Source of the DNA: Cetorhinus maximus
Lineage: Eukaryota
Reading direction: 5' to 3'
Length of the DNA: 64,000 nucleotides
NCBI RefSeq assembly: GCF_964194155.1
Contig: NC_135910.1
Coordinates: 9,734,001-9,798,000, forward strand
Numbering within the stretch: position 1 is the first letter of the stretch; each line of letters begins with the position of its first letter. The translations under genes were made by a program, and so were the position numbers. The notes under the pieces were generated by a model. The model was not told the origin of the DNA. It ran no database searches and was given only the letters and a program-made list of their open reading frames with translations. Below are positions 11,583-26,334 of this stretch, one piece after another.

Positions 11583-11714
11583 CTGGGACAAGCAACAGAG
11601 GTGAAATGCTTTCACACTGAGTCCTTTCCGACTCTTTAACATTGTCTTACATTGGGATTGTGCATAGAATTTGTAGAGGCTAAGGCACACTCACCTGGAC
11701 CTGTGAGTGAGTGA

Positions 11715-11955
11715 GTTACAGTGATGCATGGGGTATACAATAATGTTTCAGTGTGGGATGTGGAATGTGTCAATATTACAGTGAAAGGTACATCAGAGTA
11801 TCAGTGAGGGGTATATCGGAGTGTTGCAGTGAGGATGTGGGTATGTCAGAATTTTACTAGGGGTGTGTGTTATATCAGAAAGTTGCTTGGACGTGGTAAT
11901 ATATAGAAATGCTGCTATAAAGGTGTGTGGTGTAGACAATGTTGTTATATAGACA
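11715..11955. repeat. Degenerate ~25-30 bp minisatellite in intron 7
   Basis: Recurrent cagtgaggggtatatcagagtgttg-like units. Confidence 0.5.
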
Positions 11956-12165
11956 GGGTTAGGGTCTCTAGTACAGCGAATGGTTTAAATGCAAGCAAGT
12001 AGCACCAAATTGAACGGTAGCCAATCATGCTTTAGATATTAATTCCATAGCCCCAACTAACACTGGTCAACATGGAGTTGCCCACAACCTGTTCTGCATG
12101 GTGTCCCTCTCAGTGCAATGTTATTTGGGATGTTTCACACTGCGATAGCTTGCGGACACACTCAC

Positions 12166-12222
12166 CTTCATTAAATGGAGGGCCTGAGGAGAGATATGGG
12201 GAAACTTCACCTCCAATGGCTC
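12166..12222 (-). CDS. CDKL1: CDKL kinase coding exon 7 (57 nt)
   Basis: Hand translation EPLEVKFPHISPQALHLMK; acceptor ttcccccag, donor GTGAGT. Confidence 0.93.
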
Positions 12223-12505
12223 CTGGGGGAACAAGCAAACAGCAGAGTTAGCACTCCAACTGACCCCCTTTCCATCCTGGTAGGATTGCCATCTCATGAT
12301 CTAAACCTCTTCTTCACTACCACCCCCCACCCTGATAAATCCACTAGGATTCTCCCAGTTTAGAAGTTGAGTCTAAAGGGCAGTAACAGAGGCAATTGGA
12401 AAATCCCAGGTGAGAGACTGTACCCAGCTCTGCCCATCTTATGCATCTTGCCACCTCCATCGGAGAGTTTGTGCAATATTGGGTACGTGTTTTGTGGAAG
12501 GCAGT

Positions 12506-12519
12506 GTTTCCATAGAAAC
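12506..12519. promoter_or_regulatory. RFX X-box-like motif in intron 6
   Basis: GTTTCCATAGAAAC fits the imperfect-palindrome X-box consensus. Confidence 0.4.
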
Positions 12520-12586
12520 TAATCCAATGTTAGCGTTGAATCAACAACACCATCAGGAATTTCTGTCTTGCAACGTACAAACTGGA

Positions 12587-12790
12587 GGCCGGTTAACTAA
12601 GTTGACTAGACGGCTAGTGCGTGGATCAGATTAACACCAACAGCACGGGTTTCGATCCCTGTTCCGACTTGGGCAGATTTGGGGTCTGCCTCCTTATCCT
12701 ACCGCCTGTCACTAAAAAATCACGGCATTTTGCTGTGGTTTGGAGAATAATTGCTCTGAGCAGAGAAAGGAAGAGGAGGAGGAAAAAATT
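12587..12790 (+). mobile_element. SINE with tRNA-Ile-like head
   Basis: GGCCGGTTAACTAAGTTGACTAGA...TAACACCAA...GGGTTTCGATCCCTGT resembles tRNA-Ile(AAT), with A and B boxes, and is followed by a body and a purine-rich tail. Confidence 0.55.
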
Positions 12791-13827
12791 CCTGATTGGG
12801 TGGCGCACAACATGGCACAGTCTCTTACAACTGGATGCGTTTAAGGGTGATTATCACAACTGTAATGAGGAGACACATTCAGGAGCATGAGATGACGAGA
12901 TCCCATCACACGTGACATTGTATGCAGTTGACCTTTTCATTAAGGTCATAGATCACAGATAATTTCACATACTGCATCAATTGCATTGCAACTCCCTCCC
13001 CCAATGGATCAGGGTATTGGCAGTATGGTGTTAGGGGTCAGGTTAAGGTTAGGCCCCTAAGTTTCTCTGGGGAAACAACTGCCCATCTTACCTGCCCCAC
13101 TGGCCTTGGTGTGAGTAGGCTGCCTACCAACCAGTAGTGCCAGTTATCAGTTAACCAATTTCAGTTGCAGAGGCACTTGGGATGCTACAGTTGGCCTCAG
13201 CACCCCTGCATTGGTGGAGAGAAGGTTGGGAAGGTGGTGTGGAAAATAAAGGGGAGTATAATGAGTCAGGGTTCTGGCTCCTGATCACTATTGATCTTGT
13301 GTAGGTGCATGCAACCCAAGTGAGAGCAGGACCTGATGTGGCAGTGAAGCTCTCCCCCTGTTGATGGGCCCACCAGCACACTGTCTCAGCTCACACCCTT
13401 TGGATATGGCCTTAGGGATCTGCTGCCAGCCTATGGAACTGACTTCTAGCTCAAGACAGGAGAAAGCAACTTGGTGGAGGAATGGAAGCAAAGCACTGAC
13501 CGAGAAGAAGTAAAACAGTGGAAACCCTTTAAAAAACTTCAATAGCCATAAAGCGCTTTGGGACATTAATACTGTGCCTTTCACAACCTCAAAAATAAAT
13601 CTTTCTATCTTTTTATTCTCTTGGTATGAACTTCCAAAGTTCACATCCAGGACTGAGCGCGAACTCATGGATTCGACATTGGTCTAAGATGTGGCTCAGT
13701 GGGTAACACACACACCTCTGACTCAGGTGGCTGTGGGTTCAACTCCCATTCCAAAGACTTGAGCATATAATCCAGGCCAACATTCCCATTGTAGTACTGA
13801 GTGAGTGCTGCACTGTCAAGACATGCT

Positions 13828-14477
13828 GGGTGGTATTTAATGGAGGCAACAGAGGTCTTGGACAACAGCTGGAGAGCCCCATGTTGCCTCTTTTTGGGAA
13901 GGCCTTCCAAATTAAGCGCCAATATGGTACTTAGCAGGGAAGCAGCAGGCCTTCCCTAGGATCAAGGACCCTGGGGGCAGAAGACCCGCCTGCCAAGAGC
14001 TGCCAGACAATCAGGGGCGAGCAGCTCTTTATTGCTCAGCAGTGCCACCAGGGAGGTGGTGGCTGCTGCTGGTATTGCATCCCCCTGAGTATTGCTGAGG
14101 GACCTAAGCAAAGGTGAGTGAGGGCAGTAGGAGGGTTGCAGGGGGAGGGATGGGTGGGGGTGACAGCAAGGGTAGTGGGTGACTCTCAGTGGGCTCCCAG
14201 CTTCCCAATGCCAGGTTCCTTGATCAGGCAATCAGCACCTTTGAACGCCCCCCCGGGAGCCCGCAAGCTCCCGACATAAGACCCTGGCCTGCCACTGGGT
14301 GCATACCAGTGGCAAAGGGGTGAAGCCTTTAAGCGAGCACTAAATGCCATCACGAGCCTTCCCACCATGGACTTAATTGAGGCACAGGCAGGAAGGCAAA
14401 GGGGTCCCCACCCACCACCCGATTAAACTATCTCCCTGCCGCGAAACTCACCATGGGAGGGGCATTAAATCCTGCCC
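13828..14477. mobile_element. GC-rich non-autonomous DNA transposon (MITE-like) inserted in a Deu-SINE
   Basis: Imperfect TIRs gggtggtatttaatg / cattaaatcctgccc. The SINE head at 13685-13827 resumes at 14478-14760. Confidence 0.6.
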
Positions 14478-14757
14478 ATTGTTTTTCGGACAGGAAATTA
14501 AACAGAGTGCCTATGAAAGATCACAAGGCACTATTTCAAAGATGAGCAGGGATGCTGTCCTGGCCAATATTTATCCCTCAAAACAAAAATCACGAAAATA
14601 GATCATCTTGTCATTGTTATTTGTGGGAGTTGCTATGTGTAAATTGACTGCCATATTTTCTACAATACTGACTACACTTTATAAGTATTTCATTATCTGT
14701 AAATGCTTTGGGACGTTCTGAGGCTGTGAAAGGCACTATAGAAACGTAGGTCATTCA

Positions 14758-14892
<135 letters not shown>

Positions 14893-15419
14893 TCATGTGA
14901 AGAATGTGATTAAGGCACAATGTCAAGGGAGATAGATGTCACTGTCCTGCTCCAATATCCACACATGCTCATATACTGGGGATGGCTGGGACTGGACGGA
15001 ACAGCATAATAGGATCTTTAAATCAGCTCAATAAAATCTTAGGAGCATCAGAAAGCCAATACTGAGCGCTGATATTACAAGGAGGTCTCTCTCCCCAACC
15101 CCTTGAGGTAGCGAGGTCTGAGAGTGAGGGCAACTAGGCTGCAGCTTTTGCTTACACCAGTTAATAGTGTTTTCCATTCAGTGATTCTTTCAGAGGCACT
15201 CTGTTTCAGTGATTCCTTGCAAACATGTATGGATGTATGTATGAATATTGTGATGGTTGTAGGGATAAGGGGTAGAGTGGTCACTAATGGACCTCCAGGA
15301 TACCGAGACTCCCCTGCCAACCCCCACACTATCTCCCAGGAAGTGACCTCTTTAAGATCAAGAGGCTGACTCTTTACTCCAACCCTATGATGCAAATGGG
15401 GGGTGGAGCAAAACTTCTG

Positions 15420-17578
15420 AGGAATCTAGACTGGAGGCGGATGTTTGAAGGCAAATCAACAACTGACATGTGGGGGCTTTCAAATGTCAGTTGATAAGAA
15501 TTCAGGACCGGCATGTTCCTGCTAGAATGAAGGATAAGCATGGCAAGTTTCAGGAACCTTGGATAACGAAGGATATTGTGAGATTAGTCAAAAAGAAAAG
15601 GGAAGCATTCGTAAGGGCTAGAAGGCTGGGAACAGATGAAGCCCGTGGAGAATGTAAAGAAAGTAGGAAGAAACTTAAGCAAGGAGTCAGGAGGGCTAAA
15701 AGGGCTTATGAAAAGTAACTGGCAACCAGGATTAAGGAAAATCCCAAGGCCTTTTATACATATGTGAAAAGCAAGAGAGGGTAGCCAGGGAAAGGGTAGG
15801 CCCACTCAGGGACAGAGGTGGGAATCTGTGTGTGGAGCCAGAGGAAATGGGACAGATACTAAATGAATACTTCTCATCAGCATTCACCAAAGAGAAGGAC
15901 TTAGCGGTCGATTTGTCTAGGGAAGAGTGTGTAGAAAGCCTGGATCATGTTGAGATCAAAAAAGAGGTGTTAGGCGTCTTGAAGAATATTAAGGTGGATA
16001 AATCCCCAGGGCCAGATGGGATCTACCCCAGAGTACTGAGGGAGGCAAGGGAGGAGATTGCTGGGGCCTTGACAGAAATCTTTGTATCCTCACTGGCTAC
16101 GGGTGAGGTCCCAGAGGACTGGAGAATGGCCAATGTTGTTCCATTGTTTAAGAAGGGTAGCAGGGATAATCCAGGAAATTACAGGCCAGTGAGCCTTATG
16201 TCAGCGGTAGGGAAATTATTGGAGAAGATTCTTCGTGACAGGATTTACTATCATTTGGAAGCAAATGGGCGTATTAGTGAGAGGCAGCATGGTTTTGTGA
16301 AGGGGAGGTCGTGTCTCACTAACTTGATCGAGTTTTTCGAGGAAGTGACAAAGATGATCGACGATGGAAGGGCAGTGGATGTTATATACATGGATTTCAG
16401 TAAGGCCTTTGACAAGGTCCCTCATGGCAGACTGCTACAGAAGGTAAAGTCACACGGGATCAGAGGTGAGCTGGCAAGATGCATGCAGAATTGGCTTGGT
16501 CATAGAAGACAGAGGGTAGCAATGGAAGGGTGCTTTTCTGAATGGAGAGCTGTGGCTAGTGGAGTTCCGCAGAGATCAGTGCTGGGACCTTTGCTGTTTG
16601 TAGTATACATGAATGATTTGGAGGAAAATGTAACTGGGCTAATTAGTAAGTTTGCAGACGACACTAAGGTTGGAGGAGTTGCAGATAGTGAAGAGGATTG
16701 TCAAAGGATACAACGGGATATAGATCGGTTGGAGACTTGGGCGGAGAAATGGCAGATGGAGTTTAATCCGGACAAATGCGAGGTAATGCATTTTGGAAGG
16801 TCTAATACAGGCAGGAATTATACAGTAAATGGCAGAACCCTTAGGTGCATTGACAGGCAGAGGGATCTGGGTGTACAGGTCCACAGGTCATTGAAAGTGG
16901 CAACGCAGGTGGATAAGGTAGACAGGAAGGCATATGGCATGCTTGCCTTCATTGGCAGGGGTATTGAGTATAAAAGCTGGGAAGTCATGCTGCAGCTGTA
17001 TAGAACCTTGGTTAGGCCACACTTGGAATATTGCGTGCAATTCTGGTGGCCACATTACCAGAAGGATATGGAGGCGTTGGAGAGGGTGCAGAGGAGGTTT
17101 ACCAGGATGCTGCCTGGTCTGGAGGTTATTAGCTATGAGGAGAGGTTGGAGAAACTCGGATTGTTCTCACTAAAACGACGGAGATTGAGGGGCGACTTGA
17201 TAGAAGTTTACAAAATGATGAGTGGCATGGACAGGGTAGATAGTCAGAAGCTTTTTCCCCAGAGTGGAAGAGTCAATTACTAGGGGACATAGATTTAAGG
17301 TGAGAGGAGAAAACTATAGAGGAGATGTGCGGGGCAAGTTTTTAACGCAGAGGGTAGTGAGTGTCTGGAATTTGCTGCCAGAGGAGGTGGTGGAAGCAGG
17401 TACGATAGTGGTGTTTAAGAGGCAGCTTGACAAATACATGAATAGGATGGGAATAGAGGGATACGGACCCCGGAATTGCAAAATGTTTTAGTTGACGGGA
17501 AATATGATCGGCACAGGCTTGGAGGGCCGAAGGGCCTGTTCCTGTGCTGTTTTTTTCTTTGTTCTTGTTCTTTGTTCT
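15420..17578 (+). mobile_element. 5'-truncated, fairly young CR1 LINE with a 483-aa reverse transcriptase ORF (15832-17283)
   Basis: KSPGPDGI, NYRPVSL, QHGF, DFSKAFDKVPH, GVPQ.SVLGP, KFADDTK and RPHLEYC motifs, followed by the CR1 3' end (gggccgaagggcctgttcctgtgctgt) and a ttctttg tail. Only a few frameshifts. Confidence 0.95.
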
Positions 17579-18146
17579 CTGGGGCAGAGTGGGATGACAG
17601 CATCACAGAAATCATGGTTGAGACCAGGGCCAGGGTTGGGACCTGGGGCCCAGACAGGAACAGGCTGGAGGTTCATCAGTCAAGATGGGAATCTCACACA
17701 CCCAGCCCATCGGCTTTGATGGGAATCTCACACACTCCGAGCTCTCTCAAACTCCGATTAACTTTAAGATGTCAACATGTCAAGGACAGCACAGGTCAGT
17801 CACACCTCCCTGCTACAAACATCCGGGGTCTCAGGAGAAGCACCTATGGTGTGGGGCAATCAGACACCCCAGTGAAAATAAACAATTGTAGTTTCTAGAG
17901 GCATTTCAAAAGAAAATACCAGACATAAAAAAGTGTTCACTACTAGACAGAAGCCAGACCAGCTATAAACCAGACTGTACAGTATAAAACTGGAAGGTTT
18001 TGTAAGGGGTGAAATACTTCAAAAAGACGATTAGACTCTAGCTAAAGCTGGCTTGATGATGACACTCTGTTCCAAAGATTCAATCAGTTATGGCACCCCT
18101 TCACAGCCTTAATTGTTTATTCAGTATACTCTCAATTCATTGATTA

Positions 18147-18476
<330 letters not shown>

Positions 18477-19356
18477 TCAAGGTCAGCACAGCTCAGTCAC
18501 ACCTCCCTGATACAAACATCAGGGGTCCCAGGAGAGGCACCCACTCCAACCGCCAGAGCCTGCCTCAGATAGTTGGGCCCACCAGCTCTGGTTTATCAAC
18601 TGCCATCTTTCCCCTACTTTAAAAAGTAAGGAAGACTTAGCGACTTTCACGATCTCATGATGTCCCAAAATGCTATGCAGACAATTGACCAGCCAGGGGA
18701 GCAGACAGGGCCTCGGTTTAAAAGGTTGTACCTCCAACAGGGCAGCGCTCCCTCAGTACTGGCAATGGAAGTGTGAGCCTATATTTTGAACTTAAAAAAC
18801 TCCCAAATTTCCAATATTACAACAGTGACTAAACTTCAAAAAGTTGTTCATTAGTTTTAAAGTGCTCTGGGGTGTCTTGAGGTAGTGAATGTTGCTGTAT
18901 GAATACAAGTCCTTCCTTTGTTTCACTGGTTAACACCTCAAAATTCAATCCAGCTCAACTCAGCCAAGCAGAGGAAGTGGACTTGGCCCCATCTCCCTTC
19001 CCAGACCCTAACACTGAATTACTGCCCACCCACACCCCAATCTTCCACCACATCTTCAGTATTAATGTTAATCTATGTTATTTTCCTTCACAATATTTAC
19101 ACAGCTAATCTGAATTTCATGCCAGGAACAGTATGCGGCAGTTAGGGGAAAATTGAGAATTGTTAAAAATTCTTTCACTTCACGGTAATTACAAATCATT
19201 AGAATTGCTGGCCTGACCAAAATATAAGAAATTCCACATATCTGCTCAGTATTTTAACCTCTTTGGTTTTCATAATCTGAGGTCCTGAATCACAACACCC
19301 TGACTAATTTAAATGTTTAAAAAAAGCTAAACTAGATAAACATATGCTGTTACTTA

Positions 19357-19638
<282 letters not shown>

Positions 19639-20578
19639 CTATGTGTAATTTAGTGCTGAGTCCAAAGGCTTCATGTGCGAGCTTAAATGTATTGCTGTTT
19701 GCCACAGAACACAATGAGCATTTTGTGCTGTAGATTTGTGGCTCCCACAAAGAACCAAACTTGTACAGCCCAACTCATCTCATTTAGAACCAGCCCTACC
19801 AGTACTGGGTTGATGGAGGAGTAGGGGATAGGGTAAGGGGCTTTTGTACCAGTGTAACAAACCCAGAGGTCAAGTTGAAACCCCATCAGTTGTGAAACTG
19901 CATGAGCTAACACCAGAAACAGACCATGAAAGCTGCTGAAATATTGTTAAAGAGCCCAATGAAGCAAGCCAACCCAGTTGTATAACCAGCTTCACCAGGC
20001 AAGTTAATATGGTCTTTCCTACTCCTGAGAACATCTCCACAGACAAGTCTGAACAGAGTACAGGCAGAATATTCCACCTTGGTAGGAGCTGCATTGCACA
20101 GGGCCCAGCCTGTGCCAGCCCAACCAGCTAGATAGTGTTAGATACCCCTGGTCATCTTTCTCCTCCAGAACTTGAGACAACTGTAATCTCAGTGAGTTCA
20201 GTAGATACCGGTGATTGAAGCTGGCCTTTACTGACTGGGTAAACTCACTAACCCATCAGTACAGTGAGTGGTGGGAAAGTAGGCTGTCTAACAATTCATT
20301 GACAAATTACACCAGCCAAACCTTCTCACAGAATCTTAAAGAACAGAAAGCCATTTAGCCCATCATGCCTCCTTGAAAGAGCTGTCCAATTACCCCCACT
20401 CTCCCTGCTCTTTTCCCAAAGCCCTACATATATTTCCTTTTCCAATATTCACCCAATTCCCTTTTGAAAGTTACAATTGAAACTGCTTCCGCACCAGCCT
20501 TTCAGGCAGTGCATTCCAGATCATAACTTTCTGCTCATCCCTGGTACCATTCTAGAACATTCTTTCTTCCACACTTAC

Positions 20579-20651
20579 ATTATGCTTGTGACAGAAGTTG
20601 ACAGCCTGCAGTGTCTGCCTTATAATGCTCTTCACTTGATCTTCTGCAACT
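20579..20651 (-). CDS. CDKL1: CDKL kinase coding exon 3 (73 nt)
   Basis: (G)VAEDQVKSIIRQTLQAVNFCHKHN; acceptor ttttttcag, donor GTAAGT. Confidence 0.95.
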
Positions 20652-23309
20652 CTGAAAAAAAGAGACAGAAATGAACAATCACACCTCCCTTCAGACCTAA
20701 TCCTGCACATTCTCCTTGGGGAAGATGGTGGTTTAGTGGTAAAATCATTGGACAAATAATCCAGAGATCCAGGTTAATCCTCTGGGGGCAAGGGTTTAAA
20801 TCCCACCACAGCAGCTGGTGGCATTTAAATTCAATTAAAATCTGAAATTGTAAGCTGGTCCATGGTGACTATGAAGCTATCATCAATTGTTATAAAAACC
20901 CATCTGGTTCACTAATGTCCTTTAGCGAAGGAAATCTGCTACCCTTACTCGGTCTGGCCTACATGCGACTCCAAATCCACAGCAGTGTGGTTGACTCTTA
21001 ACTGCCCTCTGAAATAGCCAAGCAGGGATGGGCAGCAGATGCTGGCCTTGCTAGCAATGTCCAGGCCCCATGAAAGAATAAGTGAAAAAAACACAAAACC
21101 GAACCAGACCAGCTAAAGTGCGTCAGTGTAATAGGAGCTGGTGTTCAGTTTTTTTTTTTTAAAAGATGTCGTGTTGCATTATTTAAAGCAGCAGACACCA
21201 GCTGTAGAGAGTCTGGTATTAATAGTCACAAAGGTCTCCTTTCGTTTGACAATTTAATTATCCCTTTTACCAAGACCTTCACTGTTGCTCCCCTTCTTTG
21301 CGAATGAGATGGCTGCAGTACAAATTAATTACTGTAATGCAAAACTAAATGAGGCAGCAGTTAGTTGATGGGCACAGCAGCAAGGGCACAGATCAGCTCC
21401 CGTACAGCCGCTGCAGGGAAATTTCCAGAATCGTTGGGAAGTTAAATTAAAACTTCCTCTTCTGAAATCTTTTCCTGGGCTCTGGCATCTCGTCCCAGTT
21501 GGGAACATGACATATGAACAACATGCAATTTGTGGGGAGGAATTATATTCTAAGTCCCATCTTGCCCTTACCAACCTCACACAGACATACATATGCACAC
21601 ATTCTCCTGGACAGTGAGCACAAGCAGGAACCTTGCCTGTTTTTCTTCCCTCCTACACCCATTGAACCCAAGAACTTCAGGTGTGTGTGGCTTAGTACCA
21701 GCCACTTGATCCAATTGCTGTAAATAGGAATCTTCTGTGGTCAGAGGGTAATCGTTTCTTGGTACATTGGTGGTTGCTTGTAAATCTTGTGACTTGGTAT
21801 TGCACCTTAATCCATCTGCAACTGGGGGAGGGGTGGGTGGGCATCAAGTCAGAACACCTCAATATTGTGCCCGAACACACACCACTGTAAAATCAACAAT
21901 CAAAAGTTGAGGACGTGGCCCATCAGTTGTACAGAGCCTTAGGTCAGACCCCCAACTGGAGTAGTTTTTCCTCTGCTAGAGAATCAAGAGCAAGGGGACA
22001 TAATCATAAAATTATCTTAAAATTAGAGCCAAGCCATTCAGTGAGTGAAGCACCCAAGAATTGCTTGCTTATATGAAAGGGTAGTGGAAATTTGGAAGTC
22101 TCTGCCCCAAGAGGCTATAGATCAAATGAAGTATTCAAGACTGAGATTGACAGTTTTTTGCTGGCTAAGGGTATCGAGGGCCATGGATAAAAGCTAGACA
22201 AATGGAGCTGAAGGAAAGGTCATCGTTATCTAAGTGAATGGGGGAAACAGACTCAAGAGGCTGAGTGGTCTACTCCCATCCCTGTAGCGTACAAGGATCA
22301 CATAATGCACAATGTATTATTTTGCTGCTGAGGTGTGTGCCCTATTGAGGCCACTCTGTCTAATCGATGTGATTAGAAATATTTTACAGTCAATTAGAGG
22401 CTAATTATTTCCCTGTACACTTGCAGTTGCTTGTAAATCTTTATAACGTTATACAGAAAAAACACCGGTTTAATGACTGGATTTATTCTGTGTTTTTTGG
22501 AGATTACATTTTGTTACGTGCAAAATCAAAACTTTTAAAGCGTGGCAGAAGCACACCAGTTTCCTTTTTAAAAAAAGATAATTATAGCATTTCATGTAGG
22601 CGGCCTTTTGGCTTATTTGGCTCTGGCAGGAGTGTTCATGACTGGTTCAACAGGTTGATAGTCAGCCTGCTAATCCTTCCAACACTTCCACACTATTCCC
22701 CAAAGGGGAAAAAAAAGTGTGAAGATATAAAAACAATAACATTTCTTGAGATTTTCCAAGATTTCACTTTTTGGCCTCTTGCTGGGTAAGAGGGGAAATA
22801 AAAGTATCCTGGGTTTTACTGGGTTATAATCCAGTCCACCTATAGCCCAGTGCAGCCCCACCGTTCAGTAATACCAAGATGTTGGTGAACCTGAGGGGCC
22901 TCATCTGAGCCAAGTCTCAGAGCTGAAAGATCAGGAATATATTTTAGAGCAGTTCTTCATTACGTCCTATGTGGCACTTACTTTTTATAGATAAAGAGTT
23001 TAACTTTCATGGGCCTGTTTAATTATCGCCCTTATCCCATTTTCCTTCTCAACTGTCCAGGTTTAATTCAACTTCAGTCTGTTTATAATTTCTCATCTCA
23101 GCGAGCAGGCATCTCCCCCAGGAAATAAAACTGCAAATGGCTGTTTTTAAAAAGATGACAGCTTGTATAAGATTCTGAAAGCCACTGTTTAATTGTTTCC
23201 ATGCAGATGATTAAGTCTACACAGCTTTCCCTGCAGCTGACTGGTTAGTATGCTGTGCAGAACCCAACTCTGACTGTAAATACGCTCAGTGCAAAGCAAA
23301 CAGTGCTTC

Positions 23310-23323
23310 GTTGGCATGGCAAC
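23310..23323. promoter_or_regulatory. RFX X-box-like motif in intron 2
   Basis: GTTGGCATGGCAAC is one mismatch from the palindrome GTTGCCATGGCAAC. Confidence 0.5.
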
Positions 23324-25700
23324 CACTAAACAACCTGCTGTACTTGGCTATCCCCGCCGCTCACGGGTGTTTCCTGCTCTCTCAATCATCCTCTTTTGCT
23401 ATTTCCATTCTCTCCCCTCTGCCCCCACTGGCTGTTCCTCTCTTTCTGTCACTCCCCATCCTTTACCCCCATCTCTAGCTGTCTCCTCCAGCATCGACTG
23501 AAGGATAAGGGGGGGGGCTCGTTACCCTGGAGACCACAGAACGTGCAGGCCTACCATGGGTCTTTTAGCCTGCTCAGCACATTAAATAAGTTATCAGTTG
23601 TCCACTGGACCAGCGGCAGGGAGAATAGAGAGCAGTTGTTCAGTTTGTTGGGAGGATGGAGGTTGATGGATCAAATCAGTCCAGAATTACTGCAGTCTTG
23701 TTGCCCGTTAAGAGTGTAGCATATCTTTTGCTGGACTGATTATGGTAAAAGTAGATGTGCACCTGTCATTAGTCTTCCATTCTCCCCACAAGCAGCAGGA
23801 TTTTCAAACCAACTTTTCAATTCATTGCTCCTCTCCTTTTTAGCCTTTGTGTCCCAACCTACATGGCTTTGGTCCTTGCCCAATGGTGAACTAATGTCGA
23901 TCACTCTTGAGGCCAGGATGTGTTTGCTATTCCAAGATAATGGTTGATAGGTTATCAACAATAAACTAAATGGAATTGGACAAGTCAGGCAGCAACCTCT
24001 ACCCTAACTCAGTGCCCCCAAGTCTTCTCTGCCAGAGCAAATGGCCACAAATCAGATCATATATCTCAATCTGTGCATAGATTAACCTTTTCCTCATACC
24101 CTTTGTGTTCTATTGTTGCTCCTCAGGCCTTTTGAAATGGTTTCCTTTAGTTGTTTAACTGTGCACAGCTGAACACTCAAAATTCTTTCCCTTTAGGCCT
24201 TGGTTTGAAGTTCCAGGCACAATGCATCGCCAGGCAACCAAGTAGTGACTCCCAGATAACGTGCAATGACAAAGGCCCCGAGCCAGCCCCTGGTGCCGGA
24301 ACACTGTCAGAACACAGTGATACGATTAGTACTAAGTGACTGCATGAAAAAAAAAAATCACTGATAGTAACTGGATTATACAGTTGAAAAGGACCTTTCA
24401 ACTTCAGAACAGGATAACTTTACAATGGCTTTTGTGATCATCTTTTCACCCCAGGTAGAAAATATTGTTTACAGTGGTTCACTGATGAGGAACCACATTC
24501 TCCATTAAGGACCTGAGCAAGGCAAGATGCATCAGGTAATAACGTAGGCTCCTGGCCGCACGTATTGGCTTTGGTAAGTTGAAGTCTCCGCCCAGCCCCA
24601 AAGGGCCCACGATCCCAACAGAAACGAGCTCTTGGGTTTCTTGAAATTAATATGGTCAAACAAGAGACTGCGACAAACCCGGACTGTTTGACGGTCTGGG
24701 ACCTGATCCAGGTGAGTTGAGGACAGCTGGATGCAGAGCTTGGAGGGAAGGCCTGGAGCAATGAGAAGGAGTCCATTACAAGGAGGGTACAACCTATTGT
24801 AAAAAGCAGTGTAGGGAGGGTGGAACCTACTGTAACTATCAGCATAGGGAGGACCAAATCTACCATTATTAGGAGGGCTGAACCGATCATGGAGGGTGTA
24901 GAGGAGATTTACTAGAATGGATTTAAGACTTCAGTTATGTGCAGAGACTAGAAAGAACTCTAGATAATCTCCTTAGACTAGAGGAGGTTAAGTGGAGATT
25001 TGATATAAGTGTTCAAAAATCATGAAGGGTTTTGATAGAGTAAATAGTTTTCAGTGGCTGAAGGGTCAGTAATCAAGAACACATATTTAAAGGTAATTGG
25101 CAGAAGAATCAGAGGCAACATGAGGATTTTTATTTTATTTTAGCAAGCTATGATGATCTGAGAGGATAGTGCAAGAAAATTTGACAACTTTCAAAAGGAA
25201 ATCGGATAAACACTAGGAAGAAATTATGGGGAAAGAGCAAGTGAGTGGCTCTAATTGGATAGATCTTTCAAAAGAGCTGGCACAGGCACAAGTGGGCCTA
25301 ACGGCCTCCTCCTCTGCTGGTTAATCCTAAAATATACCGGGGGGGGGGGGGGGGGGGGATCGTTGTCTACCACATATGCTGAAGTATAGGAGACAGGAAC
25401 TTTACAGTCATGGTAAGGGCTTGTCCTGCACATGATTAAGGATTGATGCTCTGACCTGGACTCACTGTGCTCAGTTTCACGTGTGACGTTTGTTCTGGCA
25501 CAGCACCAGCATTCACAGTTAGCAAGTAGATTGGTGCAGCTGGCGAGCGAGCCAGAGCATGTGTCAATCACATTGCCGAGAACACGATCAAAGATCAGGA
25601 ACTAAATTGTTTTAATTCATCTCCAGAACGAAAAGCAGAATCTTCCAGCAATTCAAAGCTCAAGGAAAGTGATGCAAAATTGGACAGCTTTTTAAAGGGC

Positions 25701-25722
25701 GAGAGAGAGAGAGAGAGAGAGA
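25701..25722. repeat. (GA)n microsatellite 20 nt from the exon 2 donor
   Basis: Directly visible. Confidence 0.9.
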
Positions 25723-25740
25723 GGGGATGTCACTCACTCA

Positions 25741-25866
<126 letters not shown>

Positions 25867-26334
25867 TTAAGAAAAAGAGGCAGTAGCAGAAGAGTCCCAA
25901 GCTAAGTTACATCTTAAATCAGACATATTAACTTCACCCTTGGAATAAAAACAGAAACTACAGGAAATGCATGGGTCATCCAACAACAGGGACCCTCTGT
26001 CAGATACTTGATTTGATCTTTCCTATGTATTGATGCTGATTACCTGCTTTGTCTTCTAGATTTTCCCCATCACTTTACCCAGTATTCTGAAAATTTAAAT
26101 GCTAGTTTGGCTCCGTGGTTGCATCCTCACACTGGATCACAAGGCCCTGATTCAGAGCACACCACCTAGGCAGACACTCCCAGTGCAGCAACTCCTTCAG
26201 TACTGCACTGTCAGAGGTTCAGTCTTTCAGACAAGATTTTAAACAGAAACCACATCTACCTGCTCAGTTGGGTGTAAAAGAGATGGGGAATTCCCCTGGT
26301 GTCCTGTCTGACATTTCTGTGTCTGAAACTGAAG

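Noticed and set aside
12587-12669. Functional tRNA-Ile gene
   Set aside because: Insertions and mismatches disrupt the D and anticodon arms, and it runs into a SINE-like body and tail.
15832-17283. 483-aa ORF as a host gene or novel reverse transcriptase system
   Set aside because: It is a standard CR1 ORF2 RT region, 5'-truncated, with no endonuclease and with flanking frameshifts.
24438-24890. 150-aa hydrophobic minus-strand ORF in intron 2
   Set aside because: The N-terminal part comes from a short degenerate tandem repeat (about 24770-24890) adjoining a CR1 fragment; no motif or splice support.
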